A stretch of 64,000 nt of DNA from Candidatus Latescibacterota bacterium (GTDB lineage: Bacteria > Latescibacterota > CBDEFO01): contig CBDEFO010000008.1 of the NCBI GenBank assembly GCA_965237525.1, positions 1,440,001 to 1,504,000 on the forward strand, read 5' to 3'. Positions 42,518 to 52,694 of this stretch are shown here, piece by piece (the stretch's first letter is position 1; every line of letters starts with the position of its first letter). Both the position numbers and the translations under genes were made by a program. The notes beneath the pieces are model-generated. The model made no database searches. It was given only the letters and a program-made list of their open reading frames with translations, and was not told where the DNA came from.

Positions 42518-44036
42518 AAGCCTTGTGAAATAGTTATGTCCCAGGCAGCGTCTGAAGCGCCGATTATGGGTCAAAGAGTAGCATATCGTATCGTTTTGCT
42601 GTGGAATAAGCAAAATAGTCTTATCAGAGTTCTGGTCAGCAAGGAACAGGAGCTGTTTGAAGAACAGGATGCACTGTCTTTGACAGACAGGGCACACATA
42701 GACGCTTTCCCCCTTCTTATGAAAGATACAAGCCTCTTGAGATTCTGTACTGTTGCAACAAGATTCAACTGTTCATTCAGTGAGGCTGGTCCTCTATAAC
42801 GGGCTCGTCCCATACCGTGTTGTTGCCTGGCTTCAGCAAAGATATGTTCACTGCGTTTACGGAGTCTCCGGGAGAGTTTGTAGTCAGCTGTTAATGAGAT
42901 AGACCGTGCATGATTTCTGGCTTTCGCCTCTCGCACTTTTCTATCCCGTTCGGCCTGAATATGTGCTGGATTTGTCTTGTTTTTCCATGTAGGAATCGGT
43001 TCAATCTTCTCATCGGCTCGCAGAGGAATATGGGGTATGATTCCCCGGTCAAGTACATCAGCGATAAAATTACCAGAACCGTAACCGGTATCGGCACTAA
43101 GTGTCTGAATGTCTTTGGGCATGGTGTATGTTTCAAGGTCATCTACCATCTTAAGGGCACTTTCGGGCTCTGCTGTCCCTGTCGCCTGCGTGCCCTGAGT
43201 CTCAAGGATTACTCTGCTTTTTGTGTCGATCAGATCATGGCCCATAAACGAGAGAAAAGCCCCTTTGCCCTTCGATTTGCTGTATAAGCGCGCGTCGGGG
43301 TCTGTAGTCGAACGGTGTGTTTGGTTCGTCCACTTTTCACCATGAAAGTCTTTATCCTGAGGATGCCCGGACCTACCCTTTGTCTTATCACCTTCAAAAC
43401 CGATTCCCTTGAGATAATCATCAAGAGAAACAGGGGGTTCTATCGGCTCAATACTTTTCACTGAAGCATCAGCTTGTATCTGAGTGCCGTCGACACTAAG
43501 GTGTTTACCGCTCACAAGACCGACATCTATGCAACACTGGACTACCTGACGCATTATCCGTTCAAACAACCCACTGGATGCCCACTTGTGATTGCGAAGC
43601 TTGTTGATCGTGCTCCTATCCGGAACCGCATCATCAAATGTCTGATGACAAAACAACCGATATGCCGCATGCATCCCCACTTCCTGACAGAGCCGATTCT
43701 CACTCAAATTATACAGATAGCCAATAAGGATCATTCGAACAACTAATTCAGGATCAATACCGGGTCTGCCATTGTCAGGGCAATAACAATCTGATACAAC
43801 GTCTCGTACAAATGAAAAATCAACTGCCTCATCAATCTGACGAAGGATATGATCCTCGGGAACTAAATCCTCCATCTGAAAATAGTGAAACATCGGATTT
43901 GTCTGTTCCTGCTTTTGTGGGGTCATTGTTTCCTCCATGTATAATATTATCAATAACATAATATAATACATCGGAGCTGCTTTATCAATGCTTGTTTTAT
44001 ACTATTTTCTGAATCTAAGGGTTTTTCACAAGGCTT
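42518..44036 (-). mobile_element. IS1182-like element copy 5, intact
   Basis: 1519 bp; TTAG on both sides; the right flank is an internal site of copy 6. Confidence 0.95.
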
Positions 44037-45018
44037 TTAGTGTCGACGGCACTCAGATACAAGCTGATGCTTCAGTGAAAAGTATTGAGCCGATAGAACC
44101 CCCTTTTTCTCTTGATGATTATCTCAAGGGAATCGGTTTTGAAGGTGATAAGACAAAGGGTAGGTCCGGGCATCCTCAGGATAAAGACTTTCATGGTGAA
44201 AAGTGGACGAACCAAACACACCGTTCGACTACAGACCCCGACGCGCGCTTATACAGCAAATCGAAGGGCAAAGGGGCTTTTCTCTCGTTTATGGGCCATG
44301 ATCTGATCGACACAAAAAGCAGAGTAATCCTTGAGACTCAGGGCACGCAGGCGACAGGGACAGCAGAGCCCGAAAGTGCCCTTAAGATGGTAGATGACCT
44401 TGAAACATACACCATGCCCAAAGACATTCAGACACTTAGTGCCGATACCGGTTACGGTTCTGGTAATTTTATCGCTGATGTACTTGACCGGGGAATCATA
44501 CCCCATATTCCTCTGCGAGCCGATGAGAAGATTGAACCGATTCCTACATGGAAAAACAAGACAAATTCAGCACATATTCAGGCCGAACGGGATAGAAAAG
44601 TGCGAGAGGCGAAAGCCAGAAATCATGCACGGTCTATCTCATTAACAGCTGACTACAAACTCTCCCGGAGACTCCGTAAACGCAGTGAACATATCTTTGC
44701 TGAAGCCAGGCAACAACACGGTATGGGACGAGCCCGTTACAGAGGACCAGCCTCACTGAATGAACAGTTGAATCTTGTTGCAACAGTACAGAATCTCAAG
44801 AGGCTTGTATCTTTCATAAGAAGGGGGAAAGCGTCTATGTGTGCCCTGTCTGTCAAAGACAGTGCATCCTGTTCTTCAAACAGCTCCTGTTCCTTGCTGA
44901 CCAGAACTCTGATAAGACTATTTTGCTTATTCCACAGCAAAACGATACGATATGCTACTCTTTGACCCATAATCGGCGCTTCAGACGCTGCCTGGGACAT
45001 AACTATTTCACAAGGCTT
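44037..45018 (+). mobile_element. IS1182-like element copy 6, 5' truncated
   Basis: Begins at the internal TTAGTGTCGAC site and ends in the IR, followed by TTAA. Confidence 0.92.
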
Positions 45019-45037
45019 TTAAGGAGATGAGAAAAAG

Positions 45038-45817
45038 ATGGAAGACGATAAACTCGTTTTAGGCGGCAAGACCTTCACCTCGCGGCTGATTCTGGGTTCA
45101 GGGAAGTACAAAAGCTTCGAGGAGATGGCGCAGGCGTTTGAGGTCAGCGGGACAGAGCTTGTGACGGTGGCCATCAGGCGGATTAACCTGAACGATGCGT
45201 CTGGTGAATCTCTTCTGGACTATATTGACAAGGACAGGTACGCCCTCCTTCCCAATACGGCCGGGTGCTACACTGCTAAAGATGCGATACTGACGTGCGA
45301 ATTGGCCCGCGAGGCGCTGGGTACTGGTCTGGTCAAGTTAGAGGTCATAGGGGATGAAAAGACCCTCTTTCCGGACAATAACGCCCTCCTTGAAGCCTCA
45401 GAACACCTCGTTAAGGACGGATTCACAGTCCTCCCCTACACAAATGACGATCCAATCGTATGCAAGAAGCTGGAGGACATAGGCTGTGCTGCCGTTATGC
45501 CGCTGGGGGCGCCGATAGGTTCGGGCCTGGGCATCAGGAATCCCTACAACATCAAGATCATACTTGAGAACGCACAGATCCCGGTCATTGTGGACGCAGG
45601 AGTAGGAACCGCCTCAGATGCCGCTATCGCTATGGAATTAGGCTGCGATGGGGTATTGATGAATACGGGTATCGCTGGCGCAAAGGAACCGATAAAGATG
45701 GCTCGGGCTATGCGCCTGGCCATTGAGTCCGGGAGACTGGCGTATCTAGCGGGCCGAATCCCCAGGAAGCTCTACGCCACTGCCTCAAGTCCTATAGAGG
45801 ATTTGATACAGGCCTGA
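45038..45817 (+). CDS. thiG: Thiazole synthase
   Basis: [42 protein letters not shown]. Confidence 0.96.
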   Translation: MEDDKLVLGGKTFTSRLILGSGKYKSFEEMAQAFEVSGTELVTVAIRRINLNDASGESLLDYIDKDRYALLPNTAGCYTAKDAILTCELAREALGTGLVKLEVIGDEKTLFPDNNALLEASEHLVKDGFTVLPYTNDDPIVCKKLEDIGCAAVMPLGAPIGSGLGIRNPYNIKIILENAQIPVIVDAGVGTASDAAIAMELGCDGVLMNTGIAGAKEPIKMARAMRLAIESGRLAYLAGRIPRKLYATASSPIEDLIQA

Positions 45818-46434
45818 TGAGTTCGGTGGATTTCAGGCTCTATCTCATAACAGACCGCAGGCAGTGTCGAGCAGGACAACTCACTGAGGTCTTAAAGGAT
45901 GCTTGCAAGGCCGGCGTCAGGGCTGTGCAGATCAGGGAGAAAGACCTCAACCCGACAGATCTTTTCCGGCTTGGATCGGATGTGAAGGAGGTTGAAGCCC
46001 GTATTTTGATAAACGACAGAGCCGACATAGCCCGCGCCCTCGGGGCTTCGGGAGTCCACCTGACCGAAAGGAGCATCCCTCCCGATGAAGCGAGAAAGAG
46101 CCTCACAGACGGTTCTCTTATAGGCGTCTCGACCCACGATATAGAGGGAGCGATGCGCGCACAGGAGCACGGAGCGGACTTTGTGACCTTCGGCCCCGTA
46201 TTTGCGACCGAGTCTAAGTTCAAGTATGGCCCACCTGTCGGGCTAAAGCTCCTTGAGGAGACAGCAAAGAGGCTCAGAATACCGATCTTCGCTTTAGGAG
46301 GTGTGAGGCCCGAAAGGGTAGCAGAGTGCTTGGATGTCGGAGCTTACGGAGTAGCCTGCATCTCAGCGGTCATAGCGGCGCCGGACGTGGCAAAAGCTGT
46401 AGGTTCTTTTGAAGAGGTGTTGGGAGGGCTTTAA
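45817..46434 (+). CDS. thiE: Thiamine-phosphate synthase (ThiE/TenI family)
   Basis: LYLITD, VQIREK, INDRADIA, GVHL, FGPVFATESK. Confidence 0.85.
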   Translation: MSSVDFRLYLITDRRQCRAGQLTEVLKDACKAGVRAVQIREKDLNPTDLFRLGSDVKEVEARILINDRADIARALGASGVHLTERSIPPDEARKSLTDGSLIGVSTHDIEGAMRAQEHGADFVTFGPVFATESKFKYGPPVGLKLLEETAKRLRIPIFALGGVRPERVAECLDVGAYGVACISAVIAAPDVAKAVGSFEEVLGGL

Positions 46435-46501
46435 AAAACGCCAGAAATAGGACACAGACGCCCCCTTTTGTTAGAACTTTCCGTTCTATACGATTTTGGA
46501 G

Positions 46502-46530
46502 TTGACAAGAGGGGGCTTCGTCTATATAGT
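46502..46530 (+). promoter_or_regulatory. Strong sigma-70 promoter upstream of the DUF488 operon
   Basis: TTGACA-17 bp-TATAGT. Confidence 0.7.
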
Positions 46531-46613
46531 GAGACAGGTCATATGAAATCGCAGTAACGTTGTTCTACACTGTCGTACGGAATTATGGAGATGTTCAAAG
46601 GAGCGGTTAATCA

Positions 46614-47327
46614 ATGAAAAAGACGATCTTCGTGACCGGTGTGACAAGGATGAGAGAGGGATTCGTATGTGTAAGCGGTTTGGATGAAGCTGGTAACTTC
46701 GTGCGACCTGAGATTTACTACCCTGAAAGACCAGGGATAAAGAAAGAGTATCTTTATGTCGACGAACGAGCAGTGATCAAGCCACTTGTTAACGTGGAAC
46801 TGGAGTTTTTAAAACACATTCCTAAATCCGCGTACCACACGGAAGACTGGTTAATTGACGGGAATGTTCCACCTAAATTTGTATCCACTCCCACGGCGGA
46901 AGAACTCAAACTTATCCTCAATCGACACACTGATCCCTCATTAGAACAAGCATTAGCCGACCAAGGACGTTCACTTGTTATTGTCCGATCGCGAGAAGTT
47001 CCTGACATTAAGATCGGGCTGTGGGAAGATCAGCTCAGGTGCCACTTGTCTTTTTATGATGAAGCTGGTGATCATCATGGACATGTACGTGTGACAGATG
47101 CAAACTGGTTGGCAGTTTGCAAACATTTTTGGCAAAAGGATAGGCAACATATAAACCAACAATTAACCAAAGCCTTGCAAGGCAAGGAAATATTCATCAG
47201 AATTGGAATAGCACGAGAATGGAAGGGACAAAACTGGCGGCAGGTATCCGGTATCTTCTCAATACCAGATTGGCTAGGCGGCAAGTCCTTTGCCGACTGG
47301 GGCTATGACTTTACTGATGACGTATAG
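46614..47327 (+). CDS. Putative dual OB-fold domain protein
   Basis: VTRMREGFVCVSGLD..G.FVRP, HTEDW, RSLVIV, VTD, IGIARE; assignment recalled from the family pattern. Confidence 0.6.
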   Translation: MKKTIFVTGVTRMREGFVCVSGLDEAGNFVRPEIYYPERPGIKKEYLYVDERAVIKPLVNVELEFLKHIPKSAYHTEDWLIDGNVPPKFVSTPTAEELKLILNRHTDPSLEQALADQGRSLVIVRSREVPDIKIGLWEDQLRCHLSFYDEAGDHHGHVRVTDANWLAVCKHFWQKDRQHINQQLTKALQGKEIFIRIGIAREWKGQNWRQVSGIFSIPDWLGGKSFADWGYDFTDDV

Positions 47328-47339
47328 GAGGTATCCTTC

Positions 47340-47891
47340 GTGGGAAAGCCTGAGAGATCTAAAGCGAAAAGTTTTGATTTAGTGCTATTTACTATTGGCC
47401 ATTCAAATCATACGTCCGAGCATTTTCTTGAACTGTTAAGAAATCATAATATAGTTTGCGTAGTTGATGTGAGAAGTGTTCCGTTCAACAAATACAGCCA
47501 GCATTTTGCAAAAGATAGTTTATCCTCTGAACTGCCACGGAACGGAATTGAATATATCTGGATGGGGGATAACTTAGGGGGCCGGAGAGATGACTTGCAA
47601 ACTTCGCTGCGCATGAGGCGTAATGATAAGTACGATGAGAACCCTGGATACCATCGTGGAGTAATAGAGCTTATGCGAAAAGCCCTTAGCAAGCCCACAG
47701 TTGTAATGTGCAGTGAAGAGGATCCTCGCAAATGTCATCGCCACAAGATTATTGCCCAAACTTTATTGCATAGGCGACTTCCGGAGTGCCACAAACTTGA
47801 CAGCACAAAGGTTGTTCACATCCGCGGCGATGGAGGGACAGAAGACGCTCGCTCTATCCCGGTATCTTTCCAACTATCGCTATTCGAGTAA
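47340..47891 (+). CDS. DUF488-family protein 1
   Basis: LFTIGHSNH, VVDVRSVP, LGGR, MCSEEDPRKCHR. Confidence 0.88.
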   Translation: MGKPERSKAKSFDLVLFTIGHSNHTSEHFLELLRNHNIVCVVDVRSVPFNKYSQHFAKDSLSSELPRNGIEYIWMGDNLGGRRDDLQTSLRMRRNDKYDENPGYHRGVIELMRKALSKPTVVMCSEEDPRKCHRHKIIAQTLLHRRLPECHKLDSTKVVHIRGDGGTEDARSIPVSFQLSLFE

Positions 47892-47901
47892 GTGAGAAAA
47901 T

Positions 47902-48339
47902 ATGAGAACCCTGTACACTATTGGCTTTACCAAGAAATCAGCGCAGGATTTTTTTGAATTATTGGCACAAGCAGGGGTAGAGATAGTGGCAGATGTCCGC
48001 CTCAACAACACTGGTCAATTGGCCGGATTCACGAAGAAAAAGGACTTACAATATTTCCTAAGTCTTATAGGAATTAAATACGAACATTGGTCTCAATTTG
48101 CACCAACAAAGGATATTCGAAGCAAGTATCATACTGATTGCAATTGGGAGGAGTATGAACGTTCATATAGGAAGCTTGTTGAACATAGGGAGGCTTTGGA
48201 TCAGCTAGATACATCACTGCTTCAAAGGAAAAGAACCTGTCTACTCTGTTCTGAACCTACACCTGAAAATTGCCATCGTCGAATTGCAGCGGAGATAGTA
48301 GCTAACAAAATAAGGGATATGGAAATAGTTCATCTTTGA
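47902..48339 (+). CDS. DUF488-family protein 2
   Basis: LYTIGFTKKSA, ADVRLNN, QLAGF, LLCSEPTPENCHRR. Confidence 0.88.
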   Translation: MRTLYTIGFTKKSAQDFFELLAQAGVEIVADVRLNNTGQLAGFTKKKDLQYFLSLIGIKYEHWSQFAPTKDIRSKYHTDCNWEEYERSYRKLVEHREALDQLDTSLLQRKRTCLLCSEPTPENCHRRIAAEIVANKIRDMEIVHL

Positions 48340-48390
48340 ATATTGTGGCTTTGTAAAGCAGAGTGATTTAGTTAGCGAAAGGAAGCGACG

Positions 48391-48516
48391 ATGGACAGTG
48401 CAACAAAACACTTGAAGGTGCTCTTTACCTTATTCCTGGCAGCTTTGGCAGTCGCGCTCCCCTCACCTGCAATGGCACAAGAGGTGCAGACTAAGGACTG
48501 CGTCACCTGTCATTAG
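48391..48516 (+). pseudogene. Truncated c-type cytochrome (signal peptide plus CxxCH)
   Basis: MDSATKHLKVLFTLFLAALAVALPSPAMAQEVQTKDCVTCH*; AAGGA RBS; below the ORF-track cutoff. Confidence 0.6.
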
Positions 48517-48688
48517 GGGCAATAACTTCAGCCAGATAAGGCTACAAGTGGGCATTATATCTACAAACGGAGAATCTCTCTGTCTAATAGTATATCAAAG
48601 GTGAGTGCTAAGGTGCTCACCTTTTGTGATGGAAACGTTTAGATGTCACTGAAAATGTCAAAGGGAACGATCAGGAGGGAAAAACAGG

Positions 48689-48940
48689 ATGCGTCAAGCA
48701 GCGCCGCACGGCTCCTGGAGGTCGCCGATTACGTCAGATCTGATCGTCTCCGAAAGTGTCTTGCTTGGTGAGATTAAACTTGACGGCGAAGACGTTTACT
48801 GGATCGAGATACGCCCGGTGGAGGGCGGCAGGAACGTCATAGTGCGGAGGACTCCAGATGGGCGAACGGCCGATGTTACGGCGTTTCCCTTCAACGCCCG
48901 CACGCGCGCCCACGAGTACGGGGGCGGAGCCTTCGCTGTT
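48689..48940 (+). pseudogene. 5' fragment of the S9 peptidase paralog
   Basis: Matches the first ~84 codons of 52695..54620, then joins an attC right half. Confidence 0.85.
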
Positions 48941-48978
48941 GATGCGCGCCGTTAGGCCACTTAGCGAGATCGCTTGCC

Positions 48979-49560
48979 ATGACGTCGTTTTCGTCCTTAC
49001 TAACTGAGGTTCGAGCCTGCACCATCTGCGAGGATCACTTACCGCTCGGTCCTCGGCCTGTCCTTCAGTTGCACCCGAAGGCAAGGGTTCTGATTGCGGG
49101 GCAAGCGCCAGGCAAAAAGGTTCATGAATCAGGCGTGCCGTTCGATGACGCCAGCGGAAATCGCTTGCGCGGGTGGATGGGTGTGACACGCGAAGTGTTC
49201 TACGACCCGGAGCAGATCGCGATTCTGCCGATGGGCTTCTGCTTCCCTGGTTCAGGAAAGTCGGGAGACCTTCCACCACGACCCGAGTGTGCCCCTGCTT
49301 GGCGCGAACAGCTTCTTGGACATCTTGGCCACCTGGAGGTCACGTTGGTGCTCGGACAGTTCGCGCAGGCCTACCACTTCGGTAAAGCGAGTTCGTCCCT
49401 AACCGAACTGGTGAAGTCGTGGCGTACCTATTGGCCACAAATGGTTCCGCTTCCACACCCCAGCCCGCGAAACAACCTTTGGCTGCGCCGAAATCCGTGG
49501 TTCGAGGCCGAGCTGCTCCCATCGCTTCGGACACGTGTGTCAGAGGTTCTTGCCCGATGA
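48979..49560 (+). CDS. Uracil-DNA glycosylase-family protein (gene cassette)
   Basis: GQAPG, FDDASG, PMGFCFPG, LPHPSPRN; preceded by GTTAGGC at 48951. Confidence 0.88.
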   Translation: MTSFSSLLTEVRACTICEDHLPLGPRPVLQLHPKARVLIAGQAPGKKVHESGVPFDDASGNRLRGWMGVTREVFYDPEQIAILPMGFCFPGSGKSGDLPPRPECAPAWREQLLGHLGHLEVTLVLGQFAQAYHFGKASSSLTELVKSWRTYWPQMVPLPHPSPRNNLWLRRNPWFEAELLPSLRTRVSEVLAR

Positions 49561-49564
49561 GCGG

Positions 49565-49654
49565 GGTTAACAACGGCATGTAGCGGACACAGCCTGCGCG
49601 AGATAATACATTGGAGATAGCTTTGCTGGGCCGCTCAGCTCGCAGCCTTTAGCT
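49565..49654 (+). other. Degenerate attC site
   Basis: GGTTAAC-AACGG-CATGTAGC GGAC...GCCGCTCAGC...TTTAGCT (R' GTT mutated to TTT). Confidence 0.65.
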
Positions 49655-49695
49655 GCCATCATTTTTGCACGGATGCAAAAGGAGGTCATGCCGGT

Positions 49696-50202
49696 ATGCT
49701 TTGTCCTCGGATAATTGACCCCAATAGGGATAAAGACCTGGTGTTAGAATTCCATTGTCGTATCAATTATGAATGCGAGAGTTGGTGGGCCAAAGAGCTA
49801 CCTTATGACCAGTATCGGCAAAAATGGCTGAATACCTCCCAGCCAGCAGGGTTTTTCTCGAGTCTTATAGAATCTATGTCAGACAAGCGGACGATTGCTG
49901 AGATTTGGGAAATAAATGGTCTACCAATAGCCTATCCTTGGGTGACTTTTACCGATGTAGAGGACTATGATTTTACTTTTGCTGAAATAAACGATATGGC
50001 CGTACGGGATCAATATCAAAGGCAAGGGATCGGAACGAGAATGTTTGAGCACATCGAACAATTAGCGAGAGAACGAGGGGCGCAGGTATTACGATCTGAG
50101 ACAGGTATCGAAAATAAGGTATCTGAATATTTCCACCGGCACTTTGGATTCAAGCCTTATCGAATTCAATATGAACAGCTTCTGGTCGAAAGGCCTATCT
50201 GA
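49696..50202 (+). CDS. GNAT-family acetyltransferase (gene cassette)
   Basis: QRQGIGT motif A; cassette ends TTAGCTGCC (49649) and GGCAGCTAAC (50246) are reverse complements. Confidence 0.85.
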   Translation: MLCPRIIDPNRDKDLVLEFHCRINYECESWWAKELPYDQYRQKWLNTSQPAGFFSSLIESMSDKRTIAEIWEINGLPIAYPWVTFTDVEDYDFTFAEINDMAVRDQYQRQGIGTRMFEHIEQLARERGAQVLRSETGIENKVSEYFHRHFGFKPYRIQYEQLLVERPI

Positions 50203-50331
50203 CACGTGAATAAGCTTTGCCATAGGTCTTCCTGTATTGAGTATAGGCAGCTAACTATCGCATGAAGGCAAACGCGAGGGGCGTGGCGTAGTTTTCTGGA
50301 ATGGTGCGAAAGGGATGTTTGGAGCACCTCC

Positions 50332-50498
50332 TTATTCAGGCTGTATATAATTCCTCAAAGCTTATGATAGTTATGACTTAACAGAATGATACTTTTGATA
50401 TTATGGGTTTCTTCTTAATATTTCAGTGGGGTCTTATAAAGGTCAAATAGCTGTATTTAGGTTCTTAACATAGAAAACTGTACAAGCCCTAGTTAGCC
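50332..50498 (+). repeat. attI-like AT-rich region, copy 1
   Basis: ~163-bp imperfect repeat of 51403..51566; homology ends exactly at GCCCTA-GTT. Confidence 0.7.
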
Positions 50499-50531
50499 CC
50501 GACAACAACGTAGTGGAAGACTGTATATAGG

Positions 50532-51203
50532 ATGGAAATCAATAAAATATTACTGAATCCGCCTTCAATTGCTCGCGCCTTGGGAGCCGTAGCTTTTCTT
50601 CTGGTTCTGGCTAGTATCGCGGGGCAGTTGGCGCGTTTCCTGGCTGGGCATGACCATGTTTATGGACTTGTCCCGTTATATAGCCTCTAATCTGAACATA
50701 ATATCCCGACCGGTTTCTCTACGCTTCTGCTTCTTTTTGCAGCTCTACTTCTTGCGGTCATCACCGTACTTGAAAGAAAACAAACCGGTTCTCCCGTGTT
50801 GCATTGGGCAACCCTTTCAATTGGATTCTTGGTCATGGCAGCTGATGAGGCATTCTCATATCATGAGCGGTTGGTTCAGCCGGAACGCCAATTGTTGGGC
50901 CATGACAATCTCGGCTTCTTTTATTTCACTTGGGTCATTTTTGCCATCCCACTTGTACTCGTTCTTGCGTTGTTCTTCTTGAGATTCTTGTTGCGTCTTC
51001 CTGCGAGCACGAGGTTCGCCTTCTTGATAGCTGCAACCCTCTACATCGGGGGCGTCATTGTTCTCGAGATGATCGGGGGTCGCTTCGCTGAACTGCACGG
51101 GACACGTAATTTGAGGTGGAGCGTGCTTGCAACTGTTGAGGAGTGCCTCGAGATGGCAGGCGTTATCATATTTATCTGGGCGCTGCTGGTATATATTGCT
51201 TAG
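50532..51203 (+). pseudogene. Integral membrane protein (cassette-like), frameshifted
   Basis: MEINKILLNPPSIARALG... stops near 50690, then resumes as ...DEAFSYHE...EECLEMAG. Confidence 0.65.
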
Positions 51204-51320
51204 AACTTTAAAGAAGTGCGATTTCGGATTGAATGAGTACGTGGGAAGCCACGAAGGCGATCCCCTAGGACCTTCTAAATAAAATGCGGTTGCTTAATAG
51301 ATGTCGCTTTCCACGAGGGC

Positions 51321-51380
51321 ACTACACACGTTCTAAACCGTGGTGGAAGGGGAGTGATAAGTCCTGCTGACAATCTGTAG
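51321..51380 (+). pseudogene. intI: C-terminal stub of an integron integrase
   Basis: TTHVLNRGGRGVISPADNL* matches the IntI ending YTHVLNRGG.GV.SP.D. Confidence 0.75.
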
Positions 51381-51402
51381 GAATTGATGTTGAATTGGGG
51401 TT

Positions 51403-51570
51403 TTATACAGTCTGTATATAATTCCTACAAAACTTATGATAATTATGACTCAACAAAATGATATTTTTAATATTACAGGTTTTTTCTTAATATTTCAGTC
51501 GGGTCTTATATAGCTCAAATAGCTGTATATAAGTTCTTAGCATAGAAAACTGTATAAGCCCTAGTTGTGC
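51403..51570 (+). repeat. attI-like AT-rich region, copy 2
   Basis: Directly after the intI stub; ends in GTTGTGC, the start of the next cassette. Confidence 0.7.
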
Positions 51571-51580
51571 GGCCACACAG

Positions 51581-52340
51581 ATGACAACGAAGAGCCTCTA
51601 CGATTCTCCTGACATCTACGACCAGATCCTCTGTCACAGTCATGAGGTCGTGGCGCAGGAAGTGGGCTTGATCCTGGAACTGATGCGGCGTCATGGAATT
51701 CAGTCGGGCAGGATTCTTGAACTGGCCTGTGGGACCTGCGCGCACACGGTCGAACTGGCCAAACGTGGCTTCGCCTGCTCCGGGATTGATCTGTCGCAGG
51801 CAATGCTCGAAGGCGCGCGCCCTCAGGGCCGGTGTCGAACTCGACCTGCGATCTGCCAACGTCATCGACTTCGAGTGTGCTGAGCCCGTGGATGCGGCGA
51901 TCTTCATGTCAGAGACCTTTCCGCTGATTATCGAGTACGATGACCTCAGGTCTCATTTCGCCGCTGTGCGGCGGGTGCTTCGGCTTGGTGGGCTATACAT
52001 CGTGGATATCGACGCACATCGCCACGGCGTGGGGACCAAATACGAGGTCTGGGGAGAGCGCACCGTCGTGGTCGAAGGTGGCGAAGTCGAGATCTGGCAC
52101 GAGAGCTTCCCCGGTGACTGGGTGCAGGGCATTGCGCACATAAAGATGCACTGCCGGATCAAGCTTGCCGACGGGGTCCATGAGACCGCTGACGAGTGGG
52201 TATTGCGAGTGGATTCGCCGTCGAACCTGCGTGTCCTGGTCGAGTCACTTGACGACTGGAGTGTGGATGGGTTCTATTCTTGGCGTGATTGTTCCCAGGA
52301 GCTTCAGGAGGAGAGGCACTGTTTCATGGTTCTCAAGTAG
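51581..52340 (+). pseudogene. Class I SAM-dependent methyltransferase (gene cassette), frameshifted
   Basis: ILELACGT, GIDLSQAML in one frame and RVLRLGGLYIVD in another; cassette ends GTTGTGCGGCC (51564) and GGCCGCACAAC (52343). Confidence 0.8.
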
Positions 52341-52346
52341 AAGGCC

Positions 52347-52412
52347 GCACAACCACGGGATGCAGCAGACGTCCCGCAGGGAAGCCGGAAGGAAAATGGT
52401 GGCGGGACGCTG
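52347..52412 (+). other. Partial attC site (left half and inner stem)
   Basis: GCACAAC-CACGG-GATGCAGC then the CAGACGTCCCGC / GCGGGACGCTG stem; R' missing. Confidence 0.7.
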
Positions 52413-52694
52413 GGCGATTCTCCTTTCGCGGTTTGTTGTCACATACTTTCCCACCTGGGGTGGCGGGGAGCCAGGAAATGAGCGCGGCGCTTCGCCCTTA
52501 CATTTTGCTGTAATTACACCAGATAGTAACGGAATCGAGATCGCTTCTTTCCCTCCGGTTGACCTCCGATAGATTCAATCGGGGGCAGGAGTCGCATTGA
52601 CATGTTTGCATTTCGTCTTCGGTCATAGCAAGCTTTTACTGGGGTCATTGCCAGGTATAGAGTCACGAAGCAATCTCAAGGAGGGAGAAACAGG

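Noticed and set aside
46562..48404. DUF488 operon as an integron cassette (GTTCTACACTGTC ... GACAGTGCAAC)
   Set aside because: Only 7 bp are complementary, no attC hairpin follows, and the right-hand match lies inside the cytochrome-stump ORF; chance is likely.
50341..50360. LexA (SOS) box in the attI-like repeats
   Set aside because: CTGTATAT half-sites are present but no CTGT-N8-ACAG with correct spacing, and the LexA motif of this lineage is unknown to me.
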